From Nemertoderma westbladi (taxonomy: Eukaryota; Animalia; Xenacoelomorpha), in the NCBI GenBank assembly GCA_032718475.1, contig JAUCBJ010006459.1, positions 36,552-100,551 of the forward strand: a stretch of 64,000 nt of DNA, given 5' to 3'. The notes under the pieces were generated by a model, which did no database searches, was not told the origin of the DNA, and worked only from the letters and a program-made list of their open reading frames with translations. The translations under genes and the position numbers were made by a program. Below are positions 11,450-22,900 of the stretch, piece after piece; the stretch's first letter is position 1, and the number at the start of each line of letters is the position of its first letter.

Positions 11450-12780
11450 GGAGAAAATTCCCGTAATTCAAACCCGCTTGTACAGTGTTGTACTTTTAAT
11501 GCTCAGTCATTGGGTAACAAACTATTGGATCTTGAACTGTTTTTATCCGATTCAAGATGTGACTTAATCGGTATTACCGAATCGTGGTTAACTGATGATA
11601 TTACCGACGAGATGTTAAGTGGCGATGGGAAATTTAATGTGTATAGAAATGACCGTACTACTAGAGGTGGCGGTGTGGTCTTACTTGTTAAAAAAGAAAT
11701 AATTGCTATAAAGGTTCCCCTAAATAACATGAAGTATGGTAGCGATATTGAAGTTGTTGCAGTAGATTTACTAAGTAACACTCCATCTCGTGTAATATGT
11801 GCATATAGATCGCCATCTTCTAGTATAGATACTGATACCCGTTTTTGTAAATATTTATCAGATTTATGTGAGGTACAGTACCCAGTCGCACTCTGTGGTG
11901 ATTTTAATCTCAGACTATTTGACTGGCAAACAAATTCACACCCAGACAGTCCATTGTATAATCTATTTGCAAACTTTATCCTGGATAATGGTTTAACTCA
12001 ATTACAGTACAACCCCACACGATTGAGTAGTGTTCTTGATTTGGTGTTTACGTCAGATGAGTTATTTATTTCTAATGTTCATGTTTCTGCTGGTTTAGGT
12101 ACGAGTGATCACGATGGATCAGTATTTTTTAGCATTTTCACCCCGCAACCGGAAACTTATGATGACCGCGATTTTTATTATGATTTTAAAAATGCAGATT
12201 ATGTAAACTTTTCTAGATTTGTTGATAATAATAATTGGGTATCCGAGTATGAATCATGTATATCTGTTAATGACTACTGGACAACATTTAGTAATATTTT
12301 AAAATCTGGTATAGAACGTTTTGTTCCTCGAATTTTACTGCGAAAGTCAAATAAGAGATCATATCCGGCTTACGTACGAACTCTTCAAAAAAGAAAAAAA
12401 ATAGCGTGGCGGCGAAGACACACTGTAGATGGCCAGGCCGAATACAAAAGGTGTGCCAAAGCAGCTTCAAAGGCGGTTTACCGTGCCGCATGTATTCGTG
12501 AAAATAAGATACTAAGTTCTGGTAAGTCGGATGCAATTTTCTCTTACGTAAATTCAAAGCGTAACAATCGAGCTGGTATTTCCGCTTTTAAGTACAATGG
12601 TAGTATTATTGTTGACGATTGCGCGAGAGCTAATATACTTGCAAGTGTGTTTACAGAAAATTTCACCACTGATGATAATGTTTTGCCAAATTTTACCAAT
12701 AAAGTATCTTCTAGTGTGCATATATCGAATATAGACTTTTCACCTGTTAATGTTTTTTCAGTTCTTCGTAAATTAGAGCC
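11450..12780 (+). pseudogene. LINE ORF2 part 1: APE endonuclease and linker
   Basis: FNAQSL.NK, GITESWL, RGGGV, YRSP, GDFN, LDLVF, SDH. Confidence 0.93.
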
Positions 12781-14680
12781 TATTGGAAGAGACAGTAACA
12801 ATACCTGCAATATCCTACTGTAAAGTTTGTGAATCAAATCATAAATCCGACCTTCTCACCAAAACAGTAAACTCTAAGTAAGCGAATATATTGCAGTATC
12901 GATCTCTTATAACCGGTGAGGCAGAAAACAGTCTACGAGCAGACAAACTTCGATAAAACAAAATCCCGCGCAGCGAATCCTAAAATCAGGCTGACTCACT
13001 GACGGACTAAGGGGCTCGTATACCTTGCCGCGGTGTGATTTATATGGTTGGGCGAAGAGACGCTAGCTAGGTACAGAGGCAGATATTTGGAGATGTCTAA
13101 CTAGCGGGCAAAGCACAGTACGGACAAAGTTAATTTTATATATTTCGAGGTGTAAATAATTTCTAACGCGCGTGTGTTAATTCTGAACGGTCAAACAGTT
13201 TTGCTCCTTCACATATATAATTACTGGGTACGGTGTGCATTTTACGAATATTCTAATTTTATAACTTGTAGGTCCAATACTCACGAATGATAAGGTTCCT
13301 TCCCCTCTTGCGTATTTCCAGGACTCAAATTCAGGCATAAGGTTAATGCTACGCCCAGAATTCGGCAATTTTAGGTACCAGGTCCCTGATACTAAGAAGA
13401 GATGTGTTAGTTTACTACTGTAGGCGTACAGTTACTAATAGCTATCCTGGCTCCTATCTAGAATTTTAGTCACCCAGGTAGTCCGGGTAACTTCCTATTA
13501 GGGCGTTGGCGGGGACACGGTAGATGTTAGTATATCCCTGATAGCCTCAATTTATTTGCGCCTAGTATGTAAACTGCCCTACCGCCCGAACGGTACAATC
13601 CTAATTCAGGTGAAAACACAATAACCCTCCTAGCCTACAAGTTCTGATGTAATGGACACCGTTGTACGGCAAATAGTCACAGACGCACCTGTACTTAGCA
13701 AGAGTTAAGCGTACAGTTTGCTGCACCCTAACCAATTTGTATGCTTCGTACCGGTGTGCCTACGTCCTATCTGCATACTAGTATCTGCCTGCGCTCTCCC
13801 TCCCCCGTAGGAATGTGAAGGTCTACTGTAGGTTTTCCTGAATCAAGACAGTACAGTCCCTATGATGTAATTTTGGGCTTACAGCGTGTCACTACGTCTA
13901 CCTTTTGATCTTTTGGTCTTACACTTAGGTAGCAAGGATCGAACGCTGTCTAACCTTTCAGGCGATGGGCGAATAACTCTAAAATGGTATTGCGGGTTGT
14001 CTCTCGTCTACATTCCCGTGATGTTCCCGTTCATTGCTGCGGCCCGATCTCTAGCCGGCCATCCTGTCCCTGAGTTTGTTCACCGTAGTGAATCCATAGT
14101 AAAACAGATAGAAAAGCTGAGAGAATATTCTGACTTTATTACAGAAGATACAATTATAATACAATGCAATCTGAGAATAAACTAAGCACGACAGAATATT
14201 GATAAGATAATCTGTGAAGTAGAGATGTAAGTGAAGAAGTGAACTAATGAACGAAATCGCACCTTTATATACTAAATTTGTGCCGCAATCAATCGAGAAA
14301 ATTCTCGATTGTTCTATAGATTCTAACAAGGTTTTAAAGATAGCTATTGGTCCAGCTAATATATAACTTGCACGACATTGGTTACAATCAAATAACTACA
14401 GCCTCATTGGTACAGACAAATGCAATTAATTTGTAGCGGTTAATTTAAATGAGTTGAAATTCTGCACAAAAAATAATTCGCACTTACTAGGATTCGAACT
14501 CGATACCTACTACACATATAATTTCCAACGCTCTACCAACTGAGCTACTGAACCACTTGACCGATAGATGTACAAATGATAGAACCAATACGAATGAGAA
14601 CTCAAAGCAATCTTTACAAAGTTAATTCGAATAAAATAAAATTTTGAAAATCCACGGCATTTAGGGAATATAATTCTATA
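12781..14680 (-). repeat. 3' LTR of element A (1900 bp)
   Basis: Direct repeat of 32759-34660, with about 6 substitutions and 2 single-base indels seen by eye. Confidence 0.97.
14468..14554 (-). ncRNA. tRNA-derived Pol III unit within the 3' LTR
   Basis: GGTTCAGTAGCTCAGTTGGTAGAGC (A box, intact D arm), GAGTTCGAATCC (B box), T6 terminator at 14473-14468. Confidence 0.7.
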
Positions 14681-14899
14681 CCGCTCCATGAAAACAGGAT
14701 ATTATCGTGCATAAAATATACGGTTTTCACCAATAATCAATCAAACTATAGAATACTTAGGGCGTACTTACATATTTACAATTAAATTTCAAACAATACT
14801 TCCTTTCTACGTAATGATTCGATACAAAAATAATTACAAATTCAAACTTTACGTATTTAAGGCTTTACTAAGTAAGTACAATATAAATCTAAATTAAAT

Positions 14900-15535
14900 T
14901 CACCAATATAAATCTATTGCATCTCAATATTGCATAAATTCAAACAATTACAAATACAAATAAATGAAAACAATAAGAAAGGCTCGCGAGTCTTCCATCT
15001 ACTATTGCATCTCAAATATTGCATAAATTCAAGTAATTACAAATACTTTCGTACCTAAATGTAGATTGCATAAGTTTGGAATAATTACAAATATGAGTCT
15101 TTCTGAGCACAAAATTTTCTATCTATAAAACTTTCTAAATACAAAATATAACACTTTACAAATGAAACTATAAGAAAGGCCCACGAGTCTTCCATCTACT
15201 CTTACTTTCTATTTCACTGTAAATACAAATACTGCTTATAAGATATAAATTGCATAATATTCGGAACAATATAAATTGCATAAGTTCAGAATAATATAAA
15301 TTGCATAAGTTTTGAATAATTACAAATATAAAATATAAATTCTTACTAAATATAAGTCGTACTAAATACAGATATAAGCTGCTTTCTAAATTTCATAAAT
15401 TCGGAACAATACAAATTGCATAAGTTCGGAATAAGCACAAATATAAAATATAAGTTTTACTAAATTTTCTAAACATAAAACATATAATTCAAAATAAATC
15501 ACAAAATCATAAGAAAGGCCCACGAGTCTTCCGTC
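14900..15535 (-). repeat. AT-rich degenerate repeats in the 3' UTR of element A (AAATTGCATAAGTTCGGAATAA-like on +) with three copies of the dispersed hairpin motif
   Basis: Read directly. Confidence 0.7.
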
Positions 15536-15552
15536 CACCCTTGCCCTCCCCT

Positions 15553-18500
15553 TTATCGCTTAGTGGATCGAGCCCTGCCGCGTCCTCGAAAACTGCGCAC
15601 AGGTGACTTTGCTCGCGATATGGGACTTGTGGGGCGAGTCACTGGTTTACTTGGGACGTTGAGAGACGGTGCGACTATTTCCTCGCAAATTCGTCTATTT
15701 GGCATCCCAAAACCTCGACCGATTCCTCGTGACCAATCAGTCGTCACTACAGTTGGTAGAACGTCTGGGAACGCGCGAAAGGCGGACGACGCAGACCCAA
15801 GAGTAGCTTGCGCCCCCTGTTGATCAGCTGGTGTATGTCCCGACCCTCCTACTGGTTCTCTTGGAAGTGATACCGTATCCCGAGTAACTCGAATAGTCGG
15901 CTCAACTCCTTTGCGTTCTTCTACATTAATAATTTTCTTTAATTGTTGGCCCACCTTTTGGACCCGTATGATCCTACCCTGCCCGTCCTCCCGAGGGTGA
16001 CGTGCAGACGGCGCAACCGGAGTGGCTGGTATATTCGTCGCCTCTAGGACCTCCTCTTCCTCGAATACGCTCGCTCGTATACGTTTATGGTAAAACGCGG
16101 CTCGGTACGCCCATGCGACGGTTAACCAAGCTCCCTTGTTCCGCTTTTCAGTTCGGAAACGATCGAATTCACCATACGTAATCCGATTAACGACTTTCTG
16201 AAAATTCCACGTGTTTTTGTTATCCGGGTGAATTTGTAACAGATACTCGCGCACCACTCGGAATCCGCTGTCGTGGGGCAAAATATCGACAACCTCGATA
16301 AGTTCGTCATATTGGGGCATAGCGGAGATATATCCTTCCGACATCATCGTCTGGGGATTTACCGCCCAAAATCCGAGATGCGCTCTCATCAGAAACCGTC
16401 TTCTCTGTGCCGATACATGTTCGTCGGCCAAATCTTCCCACTCATCAAATAACTTCCTTACGAGTTTTACAGATTCGTGTTCATAAGGTATGTCCCTTAG
16501 TTGGCATTCAGATGCTCGATGTCCCTTTATATTGCAGTAAGTACATTGAGCCATAAATCTCCAGCAAGTATAAAAGGTATGAGACCCTTGATCCCCACAC
16601 CATCCACAGATTAGCTGAGTCGTAGTAATGTGCTTTCCACTGCACTTTGACATATGATGTCCAGCGACGCCACATTTACTACACATCGTATTGGCAGGGT
16701 ACCACACTCGTTCGTATATAAGATCTCCAATCGGTCGAGCGCTTCCTCCCATACTATAATCGTAATCATCTGGGTCTATGGGTTGGTAGGTTTCTGAAGG
16801 TTGTATACAAACTATAGCATCTGTTGCTTCAAGTTGTCGAATCTCCGTCTGAGATTTCTTCGGGAGGTTCCTTTCTATCTCAAGAAGTTCCTCTAAAGGA
16901 TCGTCGGCGATCGTAGTAGTTACTTCGAATTCATCACCAAGGTGACCGATAGGCGCGCGCGTCTGCCGTGATTCATCCGTAATTTCCACGATACGTTCTC
17001 CTTCATAGGGTAACAATGTAAACATAGATGGTCTTTCGATAAGAGATCCCGCACAGCGAAGATACACGTCTCGAAATATGCTAAATCCTGCTCGAGTAAA
17101 GGCATTACACTGAGCGTCGGAGTTGTAGAAGGGTTCAAGGAATCGTCTAAACACGTCGGTACGAATTCTCCCTTCCATGTAGAACGTATGATCTTCTCCG
17201 AGACAAAGTGGATGTCTTTTGAGAGTGCGAGACACAATGTCGGCGATTAGGCAAACATTCACTGACGACTCTATCGCTAAATAATATTGTAAGACCGCTC
17301 TTGGAGGTGACGTAATAGCCCAATACAATACACGCATCCTCTCCATTTAAGCTGTGATTCAAACTCACTCATATCTGGAGTATCACCTTCTCCATAAGTT
17401 TCAATATACTTGTTTCTCTTATTTTCCTTATAATCCCAATTGAATAACAGGTAGGAAATGTATCCAGTTCCAGTCTTCTGAGTATTATACTCACGAAAAT
17501 ATCCCTGTTCTATAGACCACAGAATAAGAGGTCGAGTGTCGACGTATGGTGTCGGTAGTCGGTCATCGCTGTCCGTCATGCCGGCGAAGTCGCTAATTAA
17601 ATCCTCCCTTACTCCTGATCCAACCTTTACAACAGTTTTATCTAAAATCATGTTTCTTACCATCTTCGGTAGCATTCTAGCGTCAATATTACAAGCTTGG
17701 TCCATCTTCTTTACTATATCGGTGATAAGATGGTGTCGCTTTGTATTCGCTGGAGGTATCGGCATTCGTTTGTCGCTCCTCTGTCTACTGAAAACGTGCA
17801 GGACTCCGTCCGCCGCTCTAATTTGTATAGTCTTAGAAGTCAAACTCTGCTGATGACTGCCGCCCTCGTTATCGTAAAACATATAACCGTTTTCCTGAAA
17901 CGATCTAAACGTCCTAGTCCATTCATCCAACAATTCTTCCGAAGGTTGCCAAATCTTCTCTATATCCTTATCCTCATCGAAACGAATAACCTTACCTCGC
18001 CAATCTGCGGCAATATCTGTATCCGACTCGAAGGTTCCGGTTCCAATCCATAAACGAATCGTCTTGGTTAGATATCCTTTCAGATTACTCAGAGCTATGT
18101 CGGCACCAGCTCTATCCAGTTCCTTGAAATCTTGAATATGAGGTGGAACGTTGTGCACGACCTTTTGAGTAATATGTCTACGTAAATCATATATCTTACT
18201 CATATCGCTGAAAACAACTGCAGGAAGAAACTCCAAGTTTGAAATGATTTCTGGATGATCCACGATGGGTATTTCGTACGTCGTATCCTGTCGGACTGGT
18301 ATACTAATAGGGAAATTGAGTGTCGTACTCAATGGTTTCGTAGTTGAAGTACTATACGGTTGCATTTCTCTTGGCCTCTCCGGGGATGCAATCTGTAATC
18401 TCTGAATAACGTTTTGAGCAAAGTTTATGCTCTCGAAAACTTCCGGTGTCATCTCCTTAGCTGAAGTTTGATCGTGTGACGTCCAATGGCAAGGTAGGCT

Positions 18501-19283
18501 CGCGAGTCTTCCACCCCATTCTTCCATCTCACCTTTCTCGAAAGCCTTGTAGGCTCTGTATAGGCTAAGAGCTTCTTTCTTTTCGCGGGTTGACTGATTC
18601 GCCTCGTCCAGCGTAAGTTCAAATACATCGGGTTCAACAACCTTAGGTGGGTAAATGACAGTTTCTCCCGCCTTTGGTCCGGTCATAGCAAATGAATAAT
18701 ATGGATTCGATAAAGGATACCCTCCTTCCTGGTAGCGTAGTTGTTGATGATTCGAACACCTCGCCAATATCGGTTCGGGATTTTCCTTATTCAAACGCAT
18801 CGGAATCGCATTTCGTTGTTCGCGCATACAAGAACCGCATTGATAATAAAGTTTATAAACCGAAAATGCTTCCTTGGTTTCTCTATCGTCCCCTCGAGTT
18901 CGTCTGTAAAGATGCATTCCATCGAATTCATCGCGTACCGCGGGCATAGGTTCGTGCGCCTTTAGGTATTGCATGGTATGATACAAACGACTAATTTCAG
19001 TATCGGGGTCTTCGCTAATGTCTCCCGTATCACACAAAGCATCGTACGGGTAAAGTTCGTTGAAGGTTTGGCGCAAACTTTCGATTCTTTCGTTTAATGC
19101 GTTTTGCCTTCTCTTTAATACGTTCGAGTCATATTTAGTTCTCGCGAGTTTCGCTGTACTTTCCGATAATTCTTTTATACCGAATATAGTATAATCCTTG
19201 GCTCCAAATCTTTAGAATGGCGCTGCTGCCTCCTCTTGGATATCATATCCCCATCTCGGCTCTCCTTGTATCCCTTTCTCCAT
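15553..19283 (-). CDS. Accessory ORF of element A (~1240 aa reconstructed): DEDDy 3'-5' exonuclease, three CCHC knuckles, conserved motif, basic tail; nonsense codon at 19214-19212 and frameshift near 17345
   Basis: ATG at 19283 is in frame with ORF 19076-17277. FYDNEG; LPKMVRNMILDKTVVKVGSGVREDL; QYYLAIE. CSKCGVAGHHMSKC, CGWCGDQGSHTFYTC and CTYCNIKGHRASEC in ORF 17346-15553. Confidence 0.82.
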
Positions 19284-19948
19284 AATTAGGGTGTAGTTAC
19301 ATAATCATTACTACTAGAGGGAATACAACAGAGTTTGTAGTTAGTTGTGAGGAGACGTGAGAGTTTCGTCTGCCCTTTGGGCTCGACAACGCTCTAACCT
19401 CCTACCCATAGCCTAAGATCTAGGGTTTCTTTAATGACACGCTGCTTCTTATCTAAAAATTTTTTTTTGCCGAAATAAAAACGAATTTTGGGCTAAACTG
19501 GCTGTGAGTCTAAAATACTCACTTTTTGATCCCAAACTATTATCAGAAAATAAGCAGTCAAGAATTAGTAATAAATATAGGGGAGTCTATTTTGACGTAA
19601 CTTATTGAAACAAGACCGTGTAAAATTTAATTAAAAATTTTTAAGAAAGGCTCGCAAGTCTTCCTCTCTTGTTTCTCTAATTTTAAGTTCCACCCGACTG
19701 TACCCTGAAATCTATTCACTGGAGAAAATTTTAAAATTTTTTCAAATCCAAATGGATTGTCTAAAATTTCGAAAATGTCTCAATATTGTGAGTTCCAAGT
19801 AGAATTCCATTTCTTAAACCTACAAATCCCGCTCCTATGTGACACATAAGGGTACTACCCTCAATGTTCACATATAAAGACAATGGAATTCTACCGCTGT
19901 CCTTACTACGGTGTACAGGTACGTGGAAATCTATTTGTAAACTCCTAA

Positions 19949-22900
19949 TTATTTACTAGTATTAGGTGGAGATTTGTAGTCTCCAGACTCGTTACGAGTC
20001 TCTTCAAGAAGTACGAGACGTTGAGTCGGTCTGTCTACTGTACGACCGTCAATTGTCCGTACTGTCACAGTCCTTGTCACTCCATCCATAGATGGATGTG
20101 TGGCTAAAATTACACCTGTTATCCAGAAGCGTCTTTTTAGATTCACTTCTGCCAACAGCACGTGATCTCCCGGCTTTAATGCGCGGGTGTTATTATACCA
20201 AGTTGTTCTGGCAGAAATAGAGGGCAAATAATGGTTTTGCCATATTTCCCAGAATTTGTTAGCCAGTAGTTGCGTGATTTTCCACGCTTTTCTACCGTAG
20301 CTGTCGCTTTCTATTGGAATAGAAATCGGCGTCAAAGTGGTCGGTGCCTGCATTAGCAGGTGTGCTGGTGTTAAAGCGAACTGAGATTGTTTGTCATCGG
20401 GTACTAATACTATTGGTCTAGTATTTAGTATTGCCTCGATTTCAACAAACAATGTTGTCAGTTGGTCGTCTGTTAATATGTGGTTTACTGGAATGACCTT
20501 TGCCATGGCTGTCTTTATAGATCTAATCAATCTCTCCCAGACTCCGCCTCTCCAAGGACTATCTGGAGGATTAAACTTCCAAACAATCTTGTGAGGTTGT
20601 AGTTCGTTCGAGATTTGATCATGATCTAATTTCTTAAAGGCTCTAGCAATCTCATTCCGAGCACCAACAAAGTTTGTCCCTTGGTCTGAGTACAAGCATT
20701 TCACTAGTCCGCGTCTAGCGATAAATCGCCGCAGTGCTAGTATAAACGCGTTGGTGGAAAGATCCATCACACGTTCAATGTGAACTGCCCTACTGGACAT
20801 ACATGTGAAAATCAGTCCCCAACGTTTTACTAGTATACGTCCACGTTTCGTATGTATGGGACCAAAGCAATCAATTCCAGTCTCTGTAAAAGGTGGTCTG
20901 AATGCTTGAAGTCGTGCTTGTGGTAGTTCACTCATTTCTTGGGTACCTATTCTAGAATGTACCTTTTTACAAATAATACACGTACGTGTCACTGAACTTA
21001 ACGCTTTACTGGGTCTAATCAATACAAATCTTGTACGTAAGTAGGAAAGACAGTGGTGTCTTCCAGCGTGTTTCAGATGTAGATGTGCGTCCAGTATCAT
21101 TGCACGTTGTAGTTCGTGGTGTTGCGGTATTATTATTGGGTACCTAAAGTTTGTGTTAAAGTCAATGTTTTGAAGCCGAGATTTATGACAAATTAAGCCA
21201 TTATAAATTATCGGACTCCAACTCAGTATTGGTGACGACTTGATTGGTTGACCTTGATTTATAGATGTGAATTCGCGCGCGAAATATCGCAGTTGATAAT
21301 GGCGAATTAATTTAATCTCACATCTGTCAATCTCAGTCAATGTAAGTCGACGCGTAAAGTCGCGTTTGCCTTTAACATATTGTACAAAACGTACAATCCA
21401 CGCTAATTTTCGGCAAGCGCTTGTCCAAGAATCTGTTAAGTTTACAATACGGTCGACATGAGTATTTGTGACGTCATCAGGTAAGTCAATGGAGATTTTG
21501 GAAGGTTTTGAATTACTAGAAGGGCCCACGGGTCCGCCGGTAGGTATTCCCTTGTTGACTGTTGATCCGTCGGGGTCTACAAGTAATTTGTCCTTCTTCG
21601 TCTTCTTACCTTGATCGTCAGTACTTTGTAAGTCGATCGTTAATGGTGGTTTGAACTCTATGGGGTCAGCAGGTTTCGGTAAACTTATTTTCCTGCCGAC
21701 ATTAATCCCAGGTCTCACCATAGGTTGCAAGTTCGGTATGTCTCTTGAGCGCAAAGTAACACCTGTATTTACATTAGCGTAGGTACTACCCACATCTGTA
21801 ATACATGAGGTTTCACCGTGCTTATGGTTGCTCAAGTGTGTCGAATTTGGTAGTTTGTCAATACAAGGCCGCTCCAATAGGGAAACTGCGGCTTTATTGT
21901 TAGTCGATACATTACTAATGTCCGGTAGAACATTTTGTGATGTTTCTGACAAAATGTCTAGTCGACTGTCTAGTAATGTGTCTGGCGATACGTCTGGTAA
22001 CGTATCTGGTTGTTTGTCAATAGAAGGCCGCTCCAATAGGGAAACTGCGGCTTTACTGTTTGTCAGTGTGTTACTAGCGTCTGGTGGAACATTTTGTGAT
22101 ATGTCTGGCAAAATGTCTGGTTGGCTGTCTAGTAACATGTCTGGTTGACCGTCTGGTAACGTGTCTGGTTGACCGTCTGGCGATATGTCTGGTGTAGAAA
22201 GGCTCGCAAGTCTTCCTCTCTTGACCTTTGAAGTTATATCTTTCCATTTTGCCTTCGGTTTCTTCTTGAGTTTTGCCGCCGTTGTCTTTTTCTTTGTCTT
22301 CCCCTTTTTTGGTTTCTTGATTTCGGCGTCCTTTGGGATAGTGTTGGATTTGTTGTCGTATAACGGAGGCCAATCTTGTGTCGATTTCTGCAAGAATTGG
22401 GGTCCGTGTTGCCAAAATTCTTTGTTCTCCGGTTTACAGAATTCCTCAGGCATCATTCCTCGCGACGCAATATCAGCTGGGTTTTGTGGTCCGGGACAAT
22501 GTCGCCAATCCTCTTTTATTGAACGGTCTAGAATTTCCGCGCGACGGTTAGCTACGAATGTCTTGAATTCGAGTGTGTCGTTGTTTATGTAAAATAAAAC
22601 CAACGTCGCGTCAGTCCAATAAAATATCTGTAAACTCGACTGTAGTTCTGTCTGTATGAGGTTCACGATGGTGGTTGGCAGGGTTGCGGCTTGTAGCTCG
22701 GCTCGTGGTGTCGTCATATACTTAGTAGGCATGGTCTTAGCCTTAGAAGTAATGAGCGAAACATCGAACTCGTCTGATTCTACTTGTCTGCGCAAGTACG
22801 CTGCCACACCAAAACCGTTGTCACTGGCGTCAGAAAAACAGTGTAGTTCCAAGTTGTCAGGAAATGTACTTTGTAATGGAAAGTAAACCCTGGGTATGGA

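Noticed and set aside
13886-14185. 99-aa ORF conserved in both LTRs
   Set aside because: GTG start, antisense, no motifs; conservation only reflects LTR identity.
14481-14554. Functional tRNA gene, or self-encoded tRNA primer, in the LTR
   Set aside because: Acceptor, anticodon and T stems do not pair, and its 3' end is not complementary to the PBS.
15553-19283. Accessory ORF as an env gene
   Set aside because: No signal peptide, transmembrane helix or glycoprotein-type cysteine pattern; the motifs are exonuclease and zinc knuckle.
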